Assembly: GCA_964019335.1 (NCBI GenBank)
Contig: OZ025687.1
Span: 508,384 to 572,383, forward strand
Origin: Diplonema japonicum
Lineage: Eukaryota > Protista > Euglenozoa: Diplonemea
Length of the DNA: 64,000 bases
Direction: 5' to 3'
The translations under genes and the position numbers were made by a program. Below are positions 56,067-64,000 of this stretch, piece after piece (the stretch's first letter is position 1; each line of letters begins with the position of its first letter). The notes below the pieces were generated by a model, which saw nothing but the letters and a program-made list of their open reading frames with translations, was not told the DNA's origin and did not search any database.

Positions 56067-56835
56067 AGAAAAAACAAACTATTTACCCCCCCCCCCCCCC
56101 CCCCAGAAGAGAAATCGCAGGGGTGGAGGAATAAAAAGCGAAGGGTGGAAAAGGGCTTTTTTGACTTCTGGTCTCCTCTTTCTCTTCTTTTTTTTCCCTC
56201 TCCCATTTTTTTTTTTTCTCTTCCCCCTTCCCATTTCTGTCATTCCCCTGGATCCCTGAAAAAAATTTTTTTTATATCTATCCCAAACCCAGGCTGACTA
56301 CAGGATTTTTTTTTTTGTTATTCCATTTTTATATAAGAAAGCGAAGAAAGGGGAGGAAAAAAGGTAAGAGAAAGAAGAAAAAAAAAAGAAAAAAAAAGCC
56401 GGGAAAGAGAGAGCCATGTTGAAGGTAGAAAAATTAGTTTGTTATTTACCGTACCACCGTGATTACTGTAAGGGGGTGGGGCAAAGGGGGTGGGTAGAAA
56501 AAAAAAAGGGGCTCTTCATACTCCTTTTAACGAAAAGGAAAAAAGAAACCAAGGATAAGAGAATGGTATAAAAAAAAGAAGAAAAAAAAAAAACCAAAAA
56601 AAAAGGAAAGAAACCACTTTTTTTCTTCTTCTTCTCTCCTTTCCTCCACCCTGGTTTTCTTTATTTTCTATTTCTTTTTTTTTCTTCTACCATCCCTTTC
56701 TCCCCTCCTGCCTTTTTTTTTTTTTAATATAAAATCACAAAAAAAAATCATGGCAAAAAAAAGGGGGAAGATAAAAAGAGGGGACCCTACCCCCCCCCCC
56801 CCCCCCTTTGGGCATCCCACACAAATAAAACACCA

Positions 56836-57525
56836 ATGGCTAAGAATGCGCAAAAAGTTGTTCTTTTAGGAGACAGTGGAGTGGGGAAAAGTGCATTGGT
56901 AAGGCGTTTCCTTTACAACGAGTTCACGGGCAGGGAGAGTAAAACTGCGCCAACATTGGAATCGACTTCTGGAAATCTTGCTGCGGAAAAAAAGATTAGA
57001 ATAGGTGACGAGTGCGTGGTGTTGAGCATCTGGGACACAGCCGGAGAAGAGCGGTTCAGGGCCCTCCAACGGATTTACTATAGCAACGCAAAAGGAGCTG
57101 TTCTGGTCTACGATCTCACTGATGCGGAGGCCTCTTTTGAAAAGGTGAGGATGTGGGTTAAAGCGTTGCGACAGCTTGATACCCATGTGCATATATGTAT
57201 TTGTGGCAACAAGGCCGACCTTGCCTCAAGGAAAGGCAACCTTCCTTGTACAAATGAGTACGAGGAGTTTGCCAAAAGCTATCAAGCAACTCACCACATC
57301 ACCTCAGCCAAGCAAGGTACAGGTGTCACAAATGCTTTTATAACTCTTGCTGGCCACATACTTCATTCACTGTCGTCGTCGGTCGCACCGAGGAAAATGG
57401 CACATTCGTCATCGAGGAAGCAATCCGGGCGGAGCGGGCTTCATATTGAAGAAGATGAAACTACAAGACTTAACCCTGAGTACGGTTCACCAAGCGGGTC
57501 TTCTTGTTGTTGCGTTGTTTCGTGA
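56836..57525 (+). CDS. RAB21: Rab GTPase, Rab21-like
   Basis: GDSGVGKS, IWDTAGEERFRAL..IYY, SFEKVR.WVK.LR, GNKADL, TSAK; C-terminal CCCVVS. Confidence 0.75.
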   Translation: MAKNAQKVVLLGDSGVGKSALVRRFLYNEFTGRESKTAPTLESTSGNLAAEKKIRIGDECVVLSIWDTAGEERFRALQRIYYSNAKGAVLVYDLTDAEASFEKVRMWVKALRQLDTHVHICICGNKADLASRKGNLPCTNEYEEFAKSYQATHHITSAKQGTGVTNAFITLAGHILHSLSSSVAPRKMAHSSSRKQSGRSGLHIEEDETTRLNPEYGSPSGSSCCCVVS

Positions 57526-58175
57526 ATGCGGAAAAAAAAAAAAAAAAAAAAAGTTCCCCGCCCCACTCCCAAGAGTGCCGTTATTATTATTTTTTTTTTT
57601 TTTCCCTGTAGTATAGTCTGTTACGGAGAATCCATGTATGGGGAGAAGGGGAAAGAAGAAGGGGGGGAAAAAAAGTAAGGGACCGTCAGTCTTTTTTTTT
57701 TTTTACCCCCTCATTTTTGTTTTTTTTCGTTTTTTTAAAAAGAAAACAGGCTGCTTGTTTTCATTTTTCTTTTTTTTTTTTTTAAATATTTTATTCGTGC
57801 CTTTATTTCTCTGTCTTCACCATTAAAAAAAGGGAACCTCAAAGGGAAAGGGGGGAAAAAATGGAAATAGAAAAGGGGAACAAAACCAAAAAAAAAAAGT
57901 AATACCACTAACTTTAAAAAGACGTGAGTCGAACTTTGATACAAAAAAAAAAGAGGGAATGGCAAACAAGAAAAAAAAACCCCCCCTCTCAGCTAAATTA
58001 TAACTTTGAAAAAAAACTTTTTTCTCTCTCTTCTGTTCGCTCTTTTTTTTTTTTAATTTTTCCCGTTTTTCTTTTTTTTTTCTTTTTTCTCTCTCTCCCC
58101 TTATTCGTCTTTCCATTCCCCCTTTTTAAAAAAAAAACTCTTCATATTCCTCCAACTCACCTCAGGCCACAGAAC

Positions 58176-61154
58176 ATGCCACGACAAATGTACCTGTGTC
58201 CAAGAATCATGGGTCTGCTTCTCCTTCAATTCTGTCTCAGCACCGAGTGTGTCAAAGTATCGCCAAACAAATGCTCAAGCGGGAGTGTGACCTTCCCCGC
58301 TGGCTCTGCAGGAACAATGAGTTGTACCTCGAATGTCTGCAAGGGGTGCACTGTTAACTGTGCGGCAGGGCAAACCTGCACTGTGAAGTGCACTAACATG
58401 GAATCCTGTATGAACATGAAGCTAAACTGCCCCAAAGGTGCAAGATGCAATGTGGAGTGCCAAGGCACCCGGGCCTGCCAGTCCGCCATCATAAAGGGCG
58501 CGACAGGGGGGGCCTTGAAAGTAACCTGCGGTGACAATGAATCGTGTAAAAAGATGGATGTCACCTCGGCCTCGTCTGCAAGCCCCGTCACCGTGACCTG
58601 CAGTAGCAACTACGCGTGCTCCGAGGGTAAGCTCAAGTGCCGCGGTACTAGCGCTTGCAATGTGAAGTGCACGTCGCAGAACTCCTGCAAGCACTTCGAT
58701 ATCACGCTTGGCAACGGTGACCTTGACCTTCTCTGCGATGCGGACCACGCCTGCTCGCTGCAGACTGTCTCGCGCCCCTCGGGCAGCGGCGAGACGAACA
58801 TCGACTGCCACGCATCCCACTCGTGCAACACGCAAACCGTCTCCGCAGGAGGCCCCTCTACACTCCGCAGAAATTGCCGCGAGTCGGACTCCTGCAGTGG
58901 AAGCAGTGCTGATTGTAGCAAGTCCTCTGCCACAACATGCTACACTACCTGCGGCGGCACCAACTCTTGCGGCGGGAGCAACCTGAAGTGCCACTCGCGT
59001 GCCAAGACCTGTGCAGTCGACTGCACCGTCGACAACTCCTGCACAGGGTTCGGCACTGCTACCAACGCGAAGCCAGTGTGGTGCAGGACCAACAATGCGT
59101 GCAGCTCGCAGTTGAAGGCTAAAAGTGGTGGTTTGAAGTCCACCAGCGTGCCTGCAACGTCTGTCCCCGTGCCGAGAACATCAGCCCCTGACACTCTAGT
59201 ACCTTCTACAAGAGCACCCCGCACTCCGTCCCCTGCAACCTCTGTGCCTGCAACGACAGCCCCAGCCACCGGGGCACCGACCACACTTGTCCCAAAAACT
59301 CCAGCACCAGACACACGGGCACCTGCTACATCTGCGCCTTCTACATCTGCACCTTCTACTGGAGCACCGCTGACACCTGTACCAGACACACGGGCACCGG
59401 ACACACCATTGCCGCTGGGGAGCACCTACGCACCAAAAACACTTGCACCCGATACTGATGCACCCTCAACACCTGCACCGCTGACGCCTGCACCCAAAAC
59501 ACAGGTACCAGAGACAAATGCACCACCAACCACCGCTCCTGCTACATCTGTACCTTCTACATCTGCACCTATGACTGCAGCTCCACCGACATCGGTACCT
59601 ACAGCACTCCCAGCAGGGAGCACGCTGCCACCTGTCACCCCAGCACCGCAGACGGGTGCCCCTTCTACAAGCGTGCCTAGGACAGAGTCCCCTTCTACAC
59701 CGTCACCACCGGGCACCACTCTCCCTCCCGACACACTAGTGCCACTGGCGACAACACTGTCGCCGCCAACACTTGCACCGGGAACCTTGCCCCCTGCTAC
59801 ACCTGCACCTCAGACCATGACCCCCGCGACTGGTATACCCGTATCCCCGTCTGCGAGGCCAACGCAAGCACCTGTTGTGGCAGCCAGCACGCCGCCAGCA
59901 TTGAAGTCCGAAACAAAGCAAGAGCTCACGAAGGCGAACTCTTTTGCGAGTGCGACATCACTGCTGGCAGGCGGCGGTGCAGGGACAGCAGCACGGATGG
60001 CGTTGCTCAAGGACTTCGGCTGCGAGGTGGACGACGTGGACCTCTCGGAGGTGGAGAACCTGGACTGGGAGTTCCACCCCACGAGGATCGCCTTCAGCGG
60101 AAGCAAGAAAAAGTACATGCAAGCCGCAGTGGTCATGAACATAGTTATAATCCTCGGCTTCGGTGCCATGCTGCTACTCCTGGCTGCTTTGATCAAACAC
60201 ACGTTCAGTGTGAAGTGGGCGGAGGCATTGGGCGATGTGAGAGCACCGGGGCTGCTGTACATCCCGTACCTGTTCCTTCTGCAGGGAACGTCGTTGGTTG
60301 CCGCGAAGCTTGCGTTCTTCCCAAGCAGTGCTGTCGACGCCATCCTAGGATGGGGCGTGCTGCTGTTCTGCGCAGCATCGCCTGCTGTGATGGCGACGTT
60401 CCTGCGCAACCTGAAGGACAAGGCGTTGGTGCTGCCCGACGCAAGGCTGTTCCCAATGAACTCGCAACTTAAACAACTATACCTGCAATGCAACCTAAAG
60501 ATGCCAACACCAATAGTGGGCGTCAAAAGGTTTATGTACAAAGTCTTCTTGGGCGACTCGATATGGGTCCCTAGTGAGGGTGACTACATCTGCGAGCAGC
60601 TCGGCGCGATCTTCGAGGGGTACAAGGAAGACAAGGTGTGGATGGTGGTCGGGGAACCGGTGGTCATGGTCTTGCTGAGCTTGTTATCTGCATGGAAACC
60701 CGCATCAGCCTCAGATTGCACAGGGAGGAACACTCTTATCACGAGCTTGCTCGGTTCATGGTGCTTCGCCTTGTTGATCACAAGGCCTTACATCGCCATA
60801 GCCGACAACGTCATTGCATGTGCTCTTGCTGCTTTCACCTTCATGGCGGTTCTTTTCATGACAGTTGCTATAGCGCATCGGGCCGATCCTGATACTGTTC
60901 TTTTCAGTATTGCCGGGCAGCTCCTCTTCCTTTCAGCCATCCTCCTTACTGTCAAAAGCGTTTTTGATATTGCTATGTACGCGACAGATATTTGGTTAGG
61001 CCGTAGGAAGGAAGCACGGAAAAGCGCACGGGGCCGAGAACCAGAGTCTCCTGTTGAAATGCACGAACACACTGTTCACCATAAATCGGAAATTTCGACT
61101 GCATACACGGCAATGACAGACTCTGAGGGAACTCCTGAATTGCGTTTTTTGTGA
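58176..61154 (+). CDS. Surface protein: signal peptide, Cys-rich repeats, T/P/A mucin stalk, multi-pass TM domain (DGF-1 C-terminal-like)
   Basis: C...C....SC repeats; T-x-[AV]-P repeats about 59140-59900; LDWEFHPT...AVVMN followed by several hydrophobic helices. Confidence 0.85.
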   Translation: MPRQMYLCPRIMGLLLLQFCLSTECVKVSPNKCSSGSVTFPAGSAGTMSCTSNVCKGCTVNCAAGQTCTVKCTNMESCMNMKLNCPKGARCNVECQGTRACQSAIIKGATGGALKVTCGDNESCKKMDVTSASSASPVTVTCSSNYACSEGKLKCRGTSACNVKCTSQNSCKHFDITLGNGDLDLLCDADHACSLQTVSRPSGSGETNIDCHASHSCNTQTVSAGGPSTLRRNCRESDSCSGSSADCSKSSATTCYTTCGGTNSCGGSNLKCHSRAKTCAVDCTVDNSCTGFGTATNAKPVWCRTNNACSSQLKAKSGGLKSTSVPATSVPVPRTSAPDTLVPSTRAPRTPSPATSVPATTAPATGAPTTLVPKTPAPDTRAPATSAPSTSAPSTGAPLTPVPDTRAPDTPLPLGSTYAPKTLAPDTDAPSTPAPLTPAPKTQVPETNAPPTTAPATSVPSTSAPMTAAPPTSVPTALPAGSTLPPVTPAPQTGAPSTSVPRTESPSTPSPPGTTLPPDTLVPLATTLSPPTLAPGTLPPATPAPQTMTPATGIPVSPSARPTQAPVVAASTPPALKSETKQELTKANSFASATSLLAGGGAGTAARMALLKDFGCEVDDVDLSEVENLDWEFHPTRIAFSGSKKKYMQAAVVMNIVIILGFGAMLLLLAALIKHTFSVKWAEALGDVRAPGLLYIPYLFLLQGTSLVAAKLAFFPSSAVDAILGWGVLLFCAASPAVMATFLRNLKDKALVLPDARLFPMNSQLKQLYLQCNLKMPTPIVGVKRFMYKVFLGDSIWVPSEGDYICEQLGAIFEGYKEDKVWMVVGEPVVMVLLSLLSAWKPASASDCTGRNTLITSLLGSWCFALLITRPYIAIADNVIACALAAFTFMAVLFMTVAIAHRADPDTVLFSIAGQLLFLSAILLTVKSVFDIAMYATDIWLGRRKEARKSARGREPESPVEMHEHTVHHKSEISTAYTAMTDSEGTPELRFL

Positions 61155-62845
61155 ACGATGAGGTGCTTTCTGAGAAAGGGGTGAGAATAAATTTTTGTTT
61201 TTTTTTTTTTGATGGGGAAACGGGGAGATGTGAAAAAAAAAAAAGGGGGACGAGAAGGGGAAAAAAAAAAAGACGAGACAACTGGGGGTAACGACACCTT
61301 TCTCCTGTCGTGCCTCCGCCTATTAAAACTGTCTTTGGTCTTTTTTTTTTTTTTTCTTCTTTTTTTTTTCTCTCTCTCTCTTTTTTTTTATTTTCTTGCT
61401 TTTCTTTCTCCCTCTTCATCTACTTTTTTTTTTTATTTGATCTCCCCCTTTCTTTTTTTTTTCTTTCTTATTTCTTTTTTTTTTTTTCTCCTCTCTCTCT
61501 CTTCTCTCTCTTCCTTTTTCTCCCTCTCCTCTCTTTTTTTTTTTTGATAAAAAAAATAAATACTGAAAAAACCAACTACCCGCTTTGTTTTTTGTTTTTG
61601 TTTTTTTTTTCTTTTTTTTTTTTTAATTCGAGCCGGGTTTTCAAGGGTGGGAGTGAAAATAAGATTTCACTTTATATCAGGCGCAACTTTATGTTCACTC
61701 CTAGAGAAATAAGGCCCAGGAGTGATGTAATGTTACAGTTAAAAAAAAGAAAAGAAATTTGTACCCATCACACCGCATGCTTGTTTTTTTTTCCTCTGAA
61801 GCTGTATCGTGGATTGTGTTTGCAGAAGGGGTTTTAAAAAAAAAAAGAAAAAAAAAAAGAAAAAGGAAAAAGGAAAAAAAAACCTCTTCCAGGACCAGGT
61901 ATTTTCTCAAGAAATCCATATCTTGATGGGGTTATCGAAATAAAACGATAAAAACCCCGCACCGATCCCCTTGCACAGACCACAGCCTCGATGTAAAGCG
62001 TTTTTTTTGTTTTTTGTTTTTTTTTTTTTGTTTTTTTTTTAAATTCCATGTGGTTTTTCAGTAAAGAAGAAAAACAAAATAAAAGAGAAGAACTTCTTCT
62101 TCTTCTTTCTTCTTTTTTTTTTCTTTTTTTTTTTTAATATGATGATGAACAGAAACACTTGTTATTGTAGTTATCAAAAGGAATATTTAGCAGCATTATG
62201 CAGTAAAAAAAGTTTGTACCCATTGCACGTAGACAAGGAATAACTCGCCAGAGGCCAAAGACCTCCTTACCTCATATAATCCCCCCCCCCCCCCCCCCCC
62301 ACTTTTACAGTAACTATTGTGAAAGTAGGGCCGTGTCGCGGGGGAGGGCATGACGGCCATTAGTGACATAGCAGTAAAAGTATGGGAAAAGAAAACCCCA
62401 TTTTCCCTCTGGCTGATTTCATGAATACATTCATTTTATTTACTGACAGGCTGTCGTCGAAATAAGGTATTTTTTTTTCTTCTTTTTTTCTTTTTTTCTT
62501 CTTTTTTTTTCCCCGCATGTTCGCACTGCAACATGCCCAGCTCTTAGGGTAGAGGTCAACTGGGTGTGACTAAAGAAAAAGAGAGAGAAAAAAAAAATTA
62601 AAAACTTAGAAATGAATAAAATATTTTTTTTTGAAGAAAATAATAACGATGATAAAAAAGAAAATATAATATAAAAAAAAAAAAAGGTGCTAGCCCGTCA
62701 GCACCCAACTTTAGTGGTTTACAGTGTTCGTTCGGGGCCACCTTCAACTTTGTTTCATTATTGTTTTTTTTTTTTTATTATTTTTTTTTACCCGTTGGCG
62801 CTTCAGTGATGCTATTTACGAACTTGTGGAGTGTTTATTTGCTTT

Positions 62846-62883
<38 letters not shown>

Positions 62884-63416
62884 CGGCGGGCCGTTGCTAA
62901 CCACTTCGTTCCTATCATAGTGAATTTTTTTTTTTTTTGTTTACAAATTTCTACATATTTCTCCTAACACGGGTTTGCTACGCCAAGGTTAAAATGTACA
63001 TTTGCGATTTTTTAAATAAAAAAAGGGGGGAACTTAGCAAAAAAAAAAAAAAATCAACTTTTCAAAAACCGTGTCATTTTTGTTCTATTCTGTATGCAGA
63101 TCGTTTAATTTTCTGGGGAAAAAAAAAGAGGGAGAGCCATCTGTTTCACACAGAAATGGCTTTTCTTTTTCTTTTTTTTGTTTGTTTTTTTTTATTATTC
63201 CCCTGTTTGTTTAACAATAAAAAAAAAAAAGTATAAGTACGTTCCAGCGTGTTGCATGTAATGTTTGTTCAATGGGAGGGAAGAAGGAAGGGCGAAAGGA
63301 AGCGACTAGATTTTCTTTAATGCTACGGCACCAAGTGGGAGGGAAGGAGTCTGCGCGGGAATCCTCTGCACGATATTCAAATAATCCTTCCGCGACATCC
63401 TGCTTGGTCACAAAAC

Positions 63417-63463
<47 letters not shown>

Positions 63464-64000
63464 CAGACGCTTCAGGCAAAAGGAAAAAAAGAGGGGGAAA
63501 AAAAAAAAACCACAAAGCCATATATGTAACTCCACCTCCCCTAAATAGGTACAGTAAAAAAAAGTCAAATTTTAGGGTTTCATGGAAAAAAAAAAATAAA
63601 ATAAAAATAAAAAGAAAAAGAAAAGTGCGACCCATTCCTGGATCTTAGAGCCCTTACTTAGTGATTTAACGAAAGAAACTATAGAGCGGAAAAAATAAGT
63701 AAAAAAAAAAATAAAAAAAACCCCAAAAATGGCGTTGCATGTATGAGAAGCTTTTTGAAGGAAAAAAAAATAATAATGATGTTTAAATCGGTACCGGTTC
63801 CATTGCTTTGGAAAAAAAAAAAAAAATCTTTTTTGACAATCCCCATCCTTTTTTTTTTCCCCCCTCCTCGTGGTCCCCTTTTCTGATTTTCACGAGTCGG
63901 GGGGAAAGGGGGAAGAGAAATGAATATAACCCCCCCCCCCCCCCAGGGCTATGCTGGCATGGAAACGCGTTTCCATGCATTTTTTGAAAAAAAGGGAAAC

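Noticed and set aside
21-63980. Many poly-Lys/poly-Phe ORFs in the ORF track
   Set aside because: Translations of intergenic A/T homopolymers with no domain content
1-64000. tRNA, rRNA, SL RNA or snRNA genes
   Set aside because: No cloverleaf, rRNA or spliced-leader signature recognised by eye; a covariance-model scan is needed to exclude them

Overview
Eukaryotic nuclear DNA, most likely a diplonemid (Euglenozoa). The taxon is inferred from about 25 host genes all on the + strand (polycistron-like), a BILBO1-family gene, diplonemid-style EGF-like and mucin/DGF-1-like membrane proteins, and short GT(A/G)TG...AG introns. Intergenic DNA is mostly A/T/C/G homopolymers with small high-complexity islands, many of which fold back on themselves. 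I reconstructed 14 cis-introns of 31-99 nt that the ORF track missed. Their acceptors are A/C-rich with no pyrimidine tract, and some introns are almost pure poly-A or (CA)n. Gene 5' ends often read T-tract-AG-A-tract-ATG. Recognisable genes: SEM1/DSS1, a WD40 coiled-coil protein, a large secreted protein, a STE20-like kinase, an ATP-grasp protein, a beta-propeller receptor kinase, an FKBP/TPR-like protein, MYND, CCHC, cNMP-binding, PHD and C2H2 proteins, BILBO1-like, Pho80-type cyclin, Iwr1, RPL28, a circularly permuted folate-receptor-like protein, an ApbE-flavin reductase fusion, a CUE/Zn-ribbon/Ubl protein, Rab21 and a Cys-rich mucin multi-TM protein. The only minus-strand coding remnant is a defective piggyBac (40720-42521). 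Several MITE-like elements and candidate structured RNAs are also present. All family calls come from reading motifs by eye; no searches were run.
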